Source: Carcharhinus longimanus (Eukaryota). From it: a stretch of 64,000 bases of DNA. The stretch covers positions 45,154,745 through 45,218,744 of the forward strand of contig JASCQW010000098.1 of assembly GCA_030264375.1 (NCBI GenBank), given 5' to 3'. Each line of letters starts with the position of its first letter. Positions within the stretch are counted from its first letter, which is position 1. The notes beneath the pieces were generated by a model, which made no database searches, was not told the DNA's origin, and was given only the letters and a program-made list of their open reading frames with translations. Both the position numbers and the translations under genes were made by a program. This document shows, piece by piece, positions 13,170 through 25,829 of the stretch.

Positions 13170-13744
13170 CTAGTAAAAAAAAAGTTACGTCCAAAAACAT
13201 TTTTCATTTTCCCATCTGTTCCCAGCTTTACTAAATAGATTAATCTCAGTAAATTCTCCCTCAGCCACTTCTGCTGCAGACTTAAAAACATTCTGATTTC
13301 CTCATCTTCCAAGACACATTTTTTTTAATGGGCAAATAGGAAAATCTGCAAACTCTAATGTCAGTTTTTATCCTCTCAATTATAATGAACAATTTATTAT
13401 ACTTCTATATCATACATTTTACATTTGACAAGCAATGAAGAAATTTTGCTTCCTTCTCCCCTAATCAATATGACAGGTTTACTGTCTCAAGATTAGGCCT
13501 TTGTTTTTATATTTATCTCTGGCCTACTCAAAATATTAGGCTTGGCAATTGTTTTTCAGCATGTATTTCATCTACTACACATTTTGACAGAAGAAATTCT
13601 TCTTTCACATGAGATATAGTACTGGGCCAAACAGACCAAAAAGGTTCTGTCATCAATCACATTGCACTGCAGTGAGTGTGTCTGATGTGATACAAGGTAG
13701 CTAGCATAATTAATATTCTTTAAAGGGGCGTAACTAACAAGCTT

Positions 13745-14995
13745 AATCAGGGATCAGTGGTTGGGCCCCAGCTATTCATGATGCATATAAATGGCTTGAA
13801 TGAGGGAACCAAATGTATCATTTCCAAGTTTGCTGGCAACACAAAACTGGGTGGAGTTGCGAAGATGATGCATGGAAGTTTCAAGGTGATCCAGACAAGT
13901 TGAGAAAGTGGGTAAACACATGCAGTACAACATGACTAAACAAGAAGTTATACAGTTTGGTGTTAAAAACAGAGAGAATGGAGACTATTATTTAAATGGT
14001 TGGTGTACAAAGGCATCTAGGTTTCCTGGTACATCAGTCAATAAAAGCTAACAGGCAGGCCCAGCAAGCAATTAGGAAGTCTCCCTACGAAGAGAGACTG
14101 AATAGACTGGGTCTGTACTCGTTGGAGTTTAGAAGGATGAGGGGGGGATCTTATAGAGACGTATAAGATAATGAANNNNNNNNNNNNNNNNNNNNNNNNN
14201 NNNNNNNNNNNNNNNNNNNNNNNNNNNNNNNNNNNNNNNNNNNNNNNNNNNNNNNNNNNNNNNNNNNNNNNNNNNATCCACTTCAGATCAGCCATGATCT
14301 TATTGAATGGCAGGGCAGGCTCAAAGGGCTAGATGGCCTACTCCTGCTCCTAGTTCTTATGTTCTTAAATTGAATGTTGGCCTCCATTGCAACACATTTT
14401 TGAGTTCAGAAATAGGGATGCCTTATTGCAGTTATACAGGACCATGGTAAGACCACACCTGGAGTATTGTGTGCAGTTTTGATCTCCCTATCTGAGGAAG
14501 GATATACTTGCCATTGAGGGAGTGCACAAATGTTCACTAGATAGATACTGAGGTAGGTGGGAATGTCCAACGAGTGGGAGGTTGGTTTGACTGGGCCTGT
14601 ATTCATTTCAGTTTACACAGAATGAGGAGATCTGATTAAAACATGTCTGTCTAGCTCTGTTAGAATTTTACTAGATACAAGGAGGAGGTTTTCCCTGGGA
14701 TGTGGAATCTAGAACCAAGGAACACAGTCTCAGGATTCTGGATAGACCCTTGAGAACTGAAGTGAGAAAAAGTATCTTCATTCAAAGGGAGGGACCCTGT
14801 GGAATTCTCTACCACAGAAGAGTTTGAAGGTCAAGTCACTAAATATATTCAAGAAAGAAACAGATAATGTTTTAGGCTTTAATGGCATCAAGAAGAAAAG
14901 GGGGAATATGGCATTGAGATAGATCAGCCATGATCATATTGAATGGCGGATCAGAAAGTGTCAAATGGCCTACTTCTGCTCCTAGTTTCCATGTA
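13745..14995 (+). mobile_element. CR1 LINE RT and 3' end
   Basis: [33 protein letters not shown]; 3' UTR GATCAGCCATGATC. Confidence 0.9.
14080..14366 (+). mobile_element. Young 5'-truncated CR1 (HER1-like) nested in an older CR1
   Basis: [20 protein letters not shown]; ends in the TTCTTATGTTCTT tail; the host CR1 resumes after it. Confidence 0.85.
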
Positions 14996-15589
14996 ATAGC
15001 ATAGAGCTGTCTATTTAGTATTAGACTATGTGTTTATTAAAGAACAAAATTGAAGTTGATTATGTAGAAGACTATAATGAGTTTGACTACAGTTAAGGGG
15101 TCAGCAAGGATAACAGGGTTCATTATGTGTCTGAGCATATGTATACAATAAATCACATCAAATTAATACCAACTGCACTCAATAGGTAACCATTAAGCAA
15201 TTGCACATGTTTGTTTGACAATTGTGAGAAATTTTATTTTGTTGTGTGTGTCGGAACTATGTGGATGTTTACATTAATCAGTTGTTTTAAGTGGATAGGG
15301 TAGAGAAGATAGGGTCACACTTAAAAAGTAGTAATGTAAAGGCATAACTAAATTGGATGTTAGCCAGTATTTATTGCAAGACACCAGGTTACCAGCTCAT
15401 TTGGTAAACATGGATTCAACATCTTCCTTTAGGACATAATTCTGGCTGGGTGCAGCTCAGCTACTAGAGGTAGGTATGCTATTAATCAGAAAAAATGCAA
15501 TATTCTAGATTAGTTTTGATTAGTCTGAGAGAAATTTGAGGTTAGTTTTATACCTTATTATCCTAGGTTTTTATTTTTTAACTTCTCCT

Positions 15590-16400
15590 AGGATATAACC
15601 ATAGGTGGTGACATGAAATCAACCTTTGAAACCCTGAAAGATTCTTCAAAAAATAGGGGTCTGCTTATATGCAGAGTATATAATGTACCCTTCAATGTTT
15701 ATGTAGATGGTTGCCATTTTGAAACTAATAATTCAAAGTAAATTAATGCAACATATTTTACTGAATTAATAAACTCTACAAGCATACCTTAGCCACAACC
15801 AAAACATTTTAAAAACCATCAAACTGTCTTCAGCTCTGACACAGAGTTCAATAAATTCATTCTGAACACTTTGGCTACAACATAACAGTGATCACATTCT
15901 TAGTCAGATTTGACATGTTAATTTCAGAATCACCTCTCCACAATAAATCATTCTTCTAATCATCCACTGATCTGGCTATTCCACATTTGATGAACAATCT
16001 GATGATAGTTTGTGCATTAATAGCATCCCACAATTTGATGACAAAATTATACAAAAAAAAAATCAAGCAAAGCATTCTGCATATCTTCACTCTTTGTGAA
16101 GGCATTTTCCTTCAACTATCCAGCTATTCCATTAAACACCATGTGATCATTGAATGGCTTGCCGATGCACACACTCAAAGATTGAATTATGAATGTTAAA
16201 CCCCATGGTATAACTGCAATTTGGGTGTTATTCACAAGTGCCTCAATCTCATTGGCTGTATGGGATCTGGATATGTTCCAATAAGCTGCATTCTTTATGT
16301 AGGCCACCAGGAAACTTCCCCAAACCATCATTTTACAACTTCACTCCAACATAATCCATCCAAACAGTCGCCACTGGCAATGCCAGGGGCCCAATATATA
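15590..16400 (-). pseudogene. Decayed pogo-family (POGK/Passer-like, DDE_1) transposase with terminal-repeat remnant
   Basis: NNTQIAVIPWGLTFIIQSLSVCIGKPFNDHM (cf. VIPGGLTS.LQPLDV..NKPFK) then FVIKLWDAINAQTIIRLFIKCGIARSVDD*KNDLLW; TIR-like GGTCTGCTTATATGCAGAGTATATAATGTA at ~15658-15688. Confidence 0.8.
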
Positions 16401-16565
16401 TAGATATTCTCACAGCCAATTTCTAAGTTTTTAATAATTGAACATAACACCTTTTTAAATGGCAGAAGCTATGCCTGTTTGTGACCCTCGAACAGCCGGG
16501 ACTAGTATAGCAGTTTTTGTAGAAACTGACACCGTCTTATCTCTGAAGAGGCCTGAGCCTTCTGT

Positions 16566-16809
16566 TGGGGAGACCATGCAGACGCTACGACAACGGATGA
16601 ATGAACATCGCTCGACAGTCACCAGGCAAGACTGTTCCCTTNNNNNNNNNNNNNNNNNNNNNNNNNNNNNNNNNNNNNNNNNNNNNNNNNNNNNNNNNNN
16701 NNNNNNNNNNNNNNNNNNNNNNNNNNNNNNNNNNNNNNNNNCTAAAACCTGGTGTTGTCAGACTTTTTACTGTGTTTACGCCAGTCCAACGCCGGCATAC
16801 CCACATCAT
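16566..16809 (+). mobile_element. 5'-truncated Penelope-like element (family A), GIY-YIG C-terminus and terminus
   Basis: GETMQTLRQRMNEHRS; 9-bp TSD GCCTTCTGT at 16557-16565 and 16810-16818. Confidence 0.9.
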
Positions 16810-19319
16810 GCCTTCTGTGTGTTGCAGAGACTGAATTCAAAGGGAATTATACAAACACCATATAGATTTCCCAAAGATGTTCATTCTCTGGTTCCACAAT
16901 CTGGTCATCAGGCTCCTAAATTGCTTCCTTAAAAATAAATTTCATCCAATTATTTTTTTCTCCATCAGATGCTTCACAAGGATCCATCACAAGGATTTCA
17001 ACAAAAGCTAAAAAGATTAAAAGTCCACTCTAAATTTATCCTCATGAACTTTCTGACCATGACTGTCCTACATAACATTCAAAAATTCCCATGCACATAT
17101 CCCGTCCTTCATTAAGTGCTGTTTTCTCATTATTCTATGCTTGCCAACTTCAGATGGCTATTCAGTCTCTAACACATCAAATTCACAACTTGTTCACAAA
17201 AATCTCACGCTGCAGCTGCTGCCCCCTCCTAACAACCACTGCAAACCTGTCATGTCCTCATCCATTTGTGTTCTAACTCAGGTTTGCACTCTCTCTCTCC
17301 TTACCCCATTCCATTGCTACAACCTCCACATCAGAGGTTCTTCAAAATTTTCTCCTGAGCACTTCCCTAATTCTTCAATAATCATTTAGTGTGTTGTTAT
17401 TGGTTCTTGACTAGAGATTGTAAATGGAGTTCCCTGGAATTATGGAAACATGAAAAAACAATGGTGTGTTTAAAAATAATTTCACCAAAATTGAATGCCA
17501 AATTATTCTTCAAACATAAGTAGTTAACAATCAACCAAGCTTGAGCCTACAGCAGAAAATAGTTTGAAGACAGGAACTGGATTTTCCGCAATGGACATTT
17601 TTTCATCACCAAGGACCAAGTGCTAATCTGAATAAAACTTCACCACAAGTCAATCATTCCACACTGAGTCAACCCTTTTTTTAAACCTTTTAAATATAGT
17701 TCAAAAATTCATTGGGAATCAGTTTAACTTACACAAACTACTGCCTATAGCACTGAAACAAATCATCTTACAGTATCATACTATCACAATGGCTTGGAAG
17801 TTAACCCCCGCAGCAGGCTCCCCAACAGCGTGACCAGCAAGCCTGACTTCGGCAGGACTAGAAAATGTAACGAATGGCAAGATAACCACTGAATGAAACT
17901 GCAGCGCAACTCAAGCATCTAGACCAAATTCCATCATACTCTGGAAATGAAAATACTTCAAAAAAGTACAAAAGTTGTTTTGCAGGACAATTCAGCAGAT
18001 AGAAAGAATTTTTTTCACACAAAACTGATTTTTAATAAATTGATGTAATAAAACATTTGAAAACTTAATTTTTGGGGAGACAGTTTTTTCAACCATATTG
18101 AGATGATGCAAAATTTACAGTGCAAGTCCATATCCAAAGAAAGGTTAAGAGAACTGACAAAATATTGGAATGTTCCAGATATGTATTACTTTATGGTTTT
18201 TTTGGAAAGGATTGATGCATCAAATGGTTATGACAACCACTTCAGCTACACATTGGCATTGAGATAGCCCTTTGTAAAATGTATATTATATAAATAATAA
18301 ATTACACTCCCTGACATTTTAAATTATTAAAACTAATAATTAACAGGACGATGGTGACATCATTTTAAGCCAAAGCCAATAAGATGCAAGTGATAGCAAA
18401 CACTCAAACAGGGAATGAGTCACAAACAACTCTAGTGAATGTTCAATAGGGTAGATTTTCTGTTTGTAAGTTACAATAACATCTGAGACCAAAAACCAAT
18501 AATGTAAAAATTATTCCTGAATTGTAGTAGACATGCCTGTATCAATACCAGAAACAGTCCTGGCTTACATGGCACTTTCCCACAACCTTTAGATCAACAT
18601 ACAAAATTAGGGCATCTGGTTTCTTTCAAATTCCAAATCTTGCCCTAACAGCTGCACTGGCATTGTATACTGCTCTGCATAGATATTTTCACCAAGTACT
18701 AAAAATAAAACTCAATCACTGGTGAAGTTAACTTTCATTCACATAATACACATTTTACAAAGAGCTATCTCAATACCAATGTGTAGCTGGAGCGGATGTC
18801 ACAACCGTTTAGTACGTCAATCCTTTCCAAAAGGACCATAAAGTAATAAATATCTAGAACATTCCAATACTCCCCAGCTCTTTGTCACTTCTCTTAACCT
18901 TTCTTTCCTGTGTTTATGTATTATGAAGCAGAAAGTGAGTGAAGCAGAAAAGGAGTTAAAGCCAGATGCAGTGCAACCCTGCTGGTCTCGGAACATAATT
19001 TAAATTAAATATACAATTCATACTATCTTGGTCAGCTCATCAACCTTTAAGTATCAAAAATGAATTACACGTTCACATTAATTTAATTCAGAAGAGGGAA
19101 CACAACAGCTCACAACACAATAACATAATGCCACATTATTAGTAGCATTTACAAACTTTTAAAATGAGTTACTGGCAACCAGCTGTCTCAGGAACCGAAG
19201 GACTGTACCCAGGGTGAAGGTCACTTCTGTATTGAATATCGGTTGTGGTTATAAAGGTCAATCCAAGTGGCAGTTCCTTCCCACAATTGGCACAGATGAA
19301 ATGCATTACCCTGAGGTCT

Positions 19320-20135
19320 ATGATGTTTGTTCCTTCCATCGGGCTCTCTTTTCCACTAGCTGGTCATTTCTTTGATCCAGTGCATTCTCCACATTCTTTC
19401 TGACTCTCATCTGTAGACATCCAAGTTAGCAACAAGGACTTCCCATGGATCAACTCTGATTCCAATCAATATTAAGTCTCATTTGTAGACATCTTTGTGT
19501 CTCAGATGTAGGTGACCTATTGATCTCATACCAAAAATAAGCTCACCATAGGACATGTTTTTGGGGTTGTGATCATGATCCCTTTAGCTCCGATGACCTG
19601 GAAATGGAGTTACCACTGACTCAAGAGGACAAACGAGCTGGGAGACTTGGTGTTGGTGGACTTCCACACTCACCCCTGTCTTGCTAGGAGGTGCCCAATA
19701 TTCGTCAAGACAATAAAGATGGAAGCTCTTCAGCCAATTTTCATGACTTACCATAAGCTGTCCATGCCTTGCTACTGTAAAGGAGAACACAAGAGCTCTA
19801 TTTTCAGTTAGTTTGCTGTTGGTCCACACTTGAATTCTCAGCTTTAATATAACAACTATAGCCTTGGCAATTCTGGTATTGATTTTATATCAAGGGACAG
19901 TTTACTGGAAATTGTTCATCCATGGTATACGAGAAGTCAAACAACCTCCAGTCTGAGGTTGTCAGTGTTGTTGGAAAGTGGAGTCTCTACATCCTGGCCC
20001 ATAACTTTGGTCTACATTATGCTGATTGTTAGTCCAAACTCCTTGCAGGCTAAGGAGAACTGCTCCACAAGTTGTTGCAAGTGGCCTTCAGAACATGATG
20101 CCAGAACAATACTTCATGAACTAGAACATTGCGCA
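19320..20135 (-). mobile_element. RTE-clade (BovB-like) LINE fragment
   Basis: HLQQLVEQFSLACKEFGLTIS, VWTNSKLTEN, LKSFHLYCL and YGEL-like motifs, with frameshifts. Confidence 0.85.
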
Positions 20136-20532
20136 CTTTTGTTTTTATAAACTATGGCATATTATAATGTACTATGGAGGATGATATTTATCTATTAAAT
20201 CCAGTGGTTAGGACATGGATTTCATTGGAAACTCAAGCATTTGCAATACTTTTTATTCCTCTAGGTAATAATGCAACAGTTTTTTCAATCTTAAAGAAAG
20301 CATACTCTGACGTAGGCTTTTCATTTAATTGGGAAAACACATTAATTCTCTGATCGCCTGATCTGGCCACCAGGCTCCTAACCTGCTCAAAATTCTCTCA
20401 AATAAATTTAATCCAATTATTTTTTTTCTCCATCAGATGCTTCTAAAGCCCAATATAAAGGTTTCAACAAACATCAAAAATAAAATTTACAAGTACATAT
20501 TCTATCGTAGCAAGGTTTTCAAGAAGGTAGGT

Positions 20533-20845
20533 GAACATAAGAAATAGGAGCAGGAGTAGGCCATCTAGCCCTTCGAGCCTGCCCCGCCATTCAATAAGCT
20601 CATGGCTGANNNNNNNNNNNNNNNNNNNNNNNNNNNNNNNNNNNNNNNNNNNNNNNNNNNNNNNNNNNNNNNNNNNNNNNNNNNNNNNNNNNNNNNNNNN
20701 NNNNNNNNNCTATCCATCCCATTCATCATCTTATACATCTCAATGAGATCTCCCCTCATTCTTCTAAACTCTAATGAGTACAAGCCTAGTTTATTCAGCC
20801 TCTCCTCATAGCTCAACCCCCTCAACTCCGGTATCAGCCTAGTAA
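20533..20845 (-). mobile_element. Young CR1 3' fragment
   Basis: [28 protein letters not shown]; ACATAAGAA tail on the plus strand. Confidence 0.9.
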
Positions 20846-20849
20846 ACAC

Positions 20850-21180
20850 AGATAGAGAGAAACTAGTTCTGCTGTTTGTGGAGTCTGGAATGAGAGCACA
20901 GTCTAATTTAGTAGAACCACACCTTTCATGAGTGAAATTAAGCAATGGTTCTACACCAAAAATTTGATAGGAATTTGGAATACTCCTCCACCATTGATCA
21001 TTAATGCGAGATCAGTTGTTAATTTTAAAACTAAGATTGATAGATTTTTGCTATCCAAAAGGTGTTGAGAGATACGACGCAAATCCGTGCAAGTGAATTA
21101 TGTCATAGGTCAGCCATGACCTCACTGAATGCAGAAGTAGCTTGAGCGGTTAAATGACCTACTCCTGTTTCTAGATTCCC
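20850..21180 (+). mobile_element. Old CR1 3' UTR fragment
   Basis: GATTGATAGATTTTTG...GTCAGCCATGAC...GACCTACTCCTGTTTCT. Confidence 0.7.
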
Positions 21181-22016
21181 ATTCTAACTATGGGCTCTTA
21201 AGTATTTTCCAGAACCAAACTAAAATGATTGAAAACATAATAAACCCTACCTATTATAAATACTATTCTTCATTTACTTGTGTTTTACTAGTCACATGAT
21301 GTGCTGTGTAAAGATTTAAAATTGATAAAAGCAAATGCATCATACAAAATATTTCACCAGCTATTTACAACACTTCTGAAATAATTAAATAAATTGACAT
21401 AAAACAAACACTGCAAACTTTTGACCATTAAAAATATTTCAAGTACTGTCATTATCCAGGAATGCCTATTTTTGCTGTGGAATTTTTACAGCTGTTCCAG
21501 GTTCTTAATCTGCCCAAACATCCAATTCAGTGTCAATGTCATTTCAAATTGAGAGCAATGTTTCGATGACAACACAAGAACATTAGTTCATTTTTCACAT
21601 GTCTATACAAATGATTCCTTTGTCCTGTCCATCTGCTACAAACATATGTATCTATCCACAACAGTGTGTCAGAAATTGCAGTTTTTCTGCATGTATATCA
21701 GCTTGGCAGTATAACTTTAAGATAGCAGGACATAGTTATAAAACACCCATCAAATTCCAAGGTAATATGAATTTTCCATACAGAATTACAAATAAAACTG
21801 ATATACCAAATCTAGATTAACTTTAAATAAAAGAGAGAGATCTTCATTGCGTTGGGATGCTGGAAGTCAAATTCTTAATACTGTACAGGAAAGGGGAACC
21901 AGGGATACAGGAACAGAGTAGTCACATGCATTTAAGGCTGCTGCTTGTGCAAGATAAACAACATGGATTGTTCGTACAGAAAAGGCAGTTTACATTTCAA
22001 AACTTATGTAATCCTG

Positions 22017-22220
22017 AGGGAATTCTCCAGCCTCCCAGCGATGTATTTCTCAGCAGCAGGAGATGACATGCTGTTTTCTGACTGTGGGCTTCTCCAGTCC
22101 CACTGCTGTCAATGGGATTTCCCACTGATGTCACCTCACACCTTCAGAAAACCTACAGGAGGGATTGTGCTGTTGGTGAAACCAGAGAATCCACCAGTGT
22201 GAATAGTGGAAGAATTCTTC
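22017..22220. mobile_element. Palindromic MITE, copy 2
   Basis: GGGAATTCTCC...GAAGAATTCT ends; GCTGTCAATGGGATTTCCC core. Confidence 0.65.
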
Positions 22221-22409
22221 TCCATGTTGGATATTCCAACTTGAGAGTTGCAATTAAATACCATGCCTTCCGATCATGGCCAGAATTTGGATCTGAATCT
22301 GATTCAAGCTAATCGAATGTTAACTAGAGTTAACAGAAAGGGACTGAGCAGACCAATATAAAAGTGCATCAGCAAATAATGTCAGAAAAGGGAATAATAG
22401 TAAAAGTAC

Positions 22410-23470
22410 AAAATTAAAGCCTCTTCATCTGAACGCACACTGCATTTGTAACAAGATGGGTGCATTCATTACACACATACAAACAAATGAGTATATGATG
22501 TCCATTGTAGAGAAATGGATATAAAGTGACCATAGCTGGAACCTGAATATTTAAGGGTAGCTGGCATTTTGGCATGGCAGGAAGAAAGGAAAAGGAGGTG
22601 GGGTGTCTCTAAAGGGCAACGTCAGCACAGTAGTGAGCAATCATTTTGATTCTTGGGGTCAAAATGTAGAATAGGTTTGAATATAGTTATGAAATGGCAA
22701 AGGGGAAGTCACTGATAAGAGTGGTATATACACTCTTGACAGTAGTTACACTGTAGGGCAGAAAAAAAATCAAGAAATAATGGGGACTGGTTAAAAAAAA
22801 GTTACTTCAGTATCGTGGGAGATTACTTATACCATTAAATTTGCAAAAGCTGCCTGGAGGACATGTTCACCGAGGGTATTCAGGACAGTTTCTTAGTACA
22901 ACACATTCTGAAACCAACCAGACTATTTTAGACTTGGTGATATAACTTGAATAATTAATAACGTCATGGTGAAGGATCCTCTAGGCAAAAATAATTCCAA
23001 CATGATAGAATTTTACATTCAATTTGAGGGTGAGAAATTTGGATCTGAAACTAATATCTTAAAAGTTTAAATGAAAAGTAGAAGGGTATAAAGCTAGAGT
23101 TGATTAAAGTGAAATGGGGAAATAGGTTCAAAGGTAAAACAGGAGAGAAGTAAAGGCATCACTCAAGGAGATATTTCATAACTCTCAACAAAGATATATT
23201 CCAGTCAGAAAAAAAAACCACGATAAACATACACCATTATGGTTAACTGAGGAAGTTGAAGATGGCATCAAAAAATATACACAGCTGTAAAGATTAGCAG
23301 CAGTACACAGGATCAGGAACATTTTAGAAAATAGCAAATGAAGACTTAAAAAAGGAAGAATTGGAATATGAGAGAAAATACAAAAAGGCGGCAAAAACAG
23401 ACAATAAAACCTTCTATAGTTAAGTGGTGGTCCCTTAGAGTGCAAACCTAGAGATTTGATGATAGGAAAC
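22410..23470 (+). mobile_element. CR1 ORF2 endonuclease region, decayed
   Basis: LHLNAHCI, GKGGGV, ILDLV and PLGKNNSNMIEF APE-endonuclease motifs, with stops. Confidence 0.8.
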
Positions 23471-24368
23471 AATACAGTCTTAATGTGGCTCGCAGCACCA
23501 GTTTCGGGGGAAAAAAAAAATCATAGAATCCCTACAGTGCAGGAGGCAGCTCTGTTAGACCAGATTTACACTCCAGGTGCAAAATGGCTTGCCACCTTAG
23601 GTTGGAAATTGAAGGCAGCCACAAGAGGAAATGACAAGCACTGGAATGAGCTATTTAAAAGGCTGGACTATGGGATTTTGACCCAGGTTTTTCCTTTTGG
23701 GTCTCTATTTGTCACTTCTTTCATCATCTCCCCATCAACTGGCATGCCACCTCATGCCCCCAAGGCAAACCATACACCCTATCCACCATCATGTCTTATA
23801 GTCCCCTTGCCAACTTAATGCTAGCACATTCCCTTTCCCATCCATTCCCATATCACCTCATGCCCCTTTTTTACCTATATACCTTTCATGGGAACTCATC
23901 CAATGTGCACCAAAGGAAGACCTTAGGTGCCCCGGTGAGATGAAATAAGAGAGGCCTAAATATCTTTTACAGCCATCATTATATTAAAAAGCATTCAGAT
24001 CCAGGGAAAATAATCAAAACTTTTGAAGTCCCTTATACAAACACTCATTAATAACTTCATATCAAAGACAATTAATCCTTTAATAATCATACATGGGGTG
24101 CCCAACAGTGTTAGGTGCTCTCAATTCTTGCCTTGTCAAGTTGCAAAGGTGACTGTTGATGCTTTCACACCTTATCTCAAGAGCCCTGATAATGTGGGAG
24201 ATACAACGAAGTGATCTATCAATGTCAGTTACCTGTTTGCCTTGAACTTTTGAGAGTTTGAGCACTTATTAAATACATCTATGCTGACACTATCTGCTGT
24301 GCCTTTAAGACTTGGACATTTTCTAAAATAGAGGCAACACTAAGCAACAATAAAGATGGCCAACTTTA

Positions 24369-24670
24369 GGGTGGCATAGTGGCACAGTGGTTAGCACTGC
24401 TGCCTCTCAGCGCCAGGTATCCAGGTTTCATTCCCAGCTTGTGTCACTGTCTGTGTGGAGAGTGCATGTTCTCCCCCTGCCTGCGTGGGTTTCCTCCGAG
24501 TTTCCTCCCACACTCTAAAGATGACTGGTTAAGTGGATTGGCCAAGCTAAATTCTCCCTTAGTGTCAGTGGGACTTGCTAGGGTAAATGCACGGGGTTGT
24601 GGAGATGGGGCCTGGGTGGGATCCTGGTCAGTGCCGACTGATTGGCCTCCTTCTGTACTGAAGGATTCTA
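24369..24670 (+). mobile_element. HE1-like V-SINE with CR1-derived tail
   Basis: GTGGCACAGTGGTTAGCACTGCTGCCTC head, CTGCGTGGGTTTCCTCCG core, TGGCCTCCTTCTGTACTG...GATTCTA tail. Confidence 0.9.
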
Positions 24671-24671
24671 C

Positions 24672-25560
24672 AAACTATTGCAAAACATGGCAGTTCAGCA
24701 ACAAAACAGTCTCAGGTATATCCAACCTCCAAGATGTAACTCAACATAACTACCCCAGTTACACCCCAGAGTGGCAAGAAACTGAATCAATGTCTCATTT
24801 ATCTTGGTGTTATGCTTAACCAAATACTGACATACAAAAACACCTCAGCAAGACAGCAGCAAAGATGAAAATTCAAAACAACCTCCTGGCTCTTAATGAG
24901 GTGCAGATGCTCAAACCTTAAGGACCTCACCTCTTGCCATCATCTATTCAACTGCAGAATAATGTGCATCAATATGGTACAACTAATCCCATGTCCATGT
25001 CGTAGATACCCAGCTCAATACAACAATTTGTATCATCTCAGGTACCCTCCAATCAATTCAATTCCTCTGGCTCCCAGTCCTCAGTAATATCCTACCCTTT
25101 CACATAAGGAGGAAGATTGCAACAAAGAAGTTCCTGGAGAAAGTCTATATCAACACAAGCTCGCCACTATGTAAAGAACTTACCAGTCCACCTGCTGTTT
25201 GCCTCCCATCACACAGCATGTATGGCTAAGACCACCAATTCAAGGAATAACAGCAAAAACCCTGTGGCAGCAAGAATGGAAGCAATGTGCCACCATTAAA
25301 AAACACTTCCTCATCACTGATCCCACAGTCCATCCACTTAGCTGTAACTTACCACGCCACCATTGGGCTCTCAACTGTTTTTGCACTGGCCAAAGCTTGT
25401 GTGAAGCAAACAAGTGGAGTCTTACAGGGAACTCTAATTGTAGCAGTGATGCACCCCAACCAGTGACAACTGCCCCCTGACAAAATTGAGCAGTGTCTCA
25501 ATTTAGCCACTGCAGAAGCTATTTCTTGGCTTGGTAACTGCTGCACACAGACACACAAAA
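24672..25560 (+). mobile_element. Vingi/Ingi-like (I-group) LINE 3' portion, decayed
   Basis: YLGVMLNQILTYK, GADAQTLRTS, YSTAE*CA, VDTQLNTTICIISGTL, LWLPVLSNI, WALNCFCTGQ. Confidence 0.7.
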
Positions 25561-25829
25561 TACAACATAAGCGTATAAAATGCTTTAACATTGTGACAGT
25601 TATGTCAAAAATAAACAGTATAAAACACTTGTTTCCAACCTAATAAAGACAGTTCAACCTACCCAGTCATACAGATGGATGGCACAGAATGTCAATGCGG
25701 ATGTACGGACATGCTGACGTGGCATCGGAAAGTGGGAACCGACATTGTAAAGTTAAAATGTGGTATCAATTTATAAACCTTTTAAGTGCCATTCATTGTA
25801 ACTTGAATACCAAATGATGGCCGCTTGAT

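Noticed and set aside
15788-15874. Apparent minus-strand exon QSVQNEFIELCVRAEDSL with AAG|GTATGC donor
   Set aside because: Lies in the C-terminal tail of the pogo transposase fossil.
16905-16995. C/D-box snoRNA reading of duplication copy 1 (minus strand GTGATGG...CTGA)
   Set aside because: Box C is imperfect and the boxes are not preserved in the second copy.
24369-24450. tRNA-like A/B boxes (also ~5160-5232, 30380-30452, 49525-49610, 62257-62312)
   Set aside because: These are SINE heads continuous with SINE bodies, not tRNA genes.
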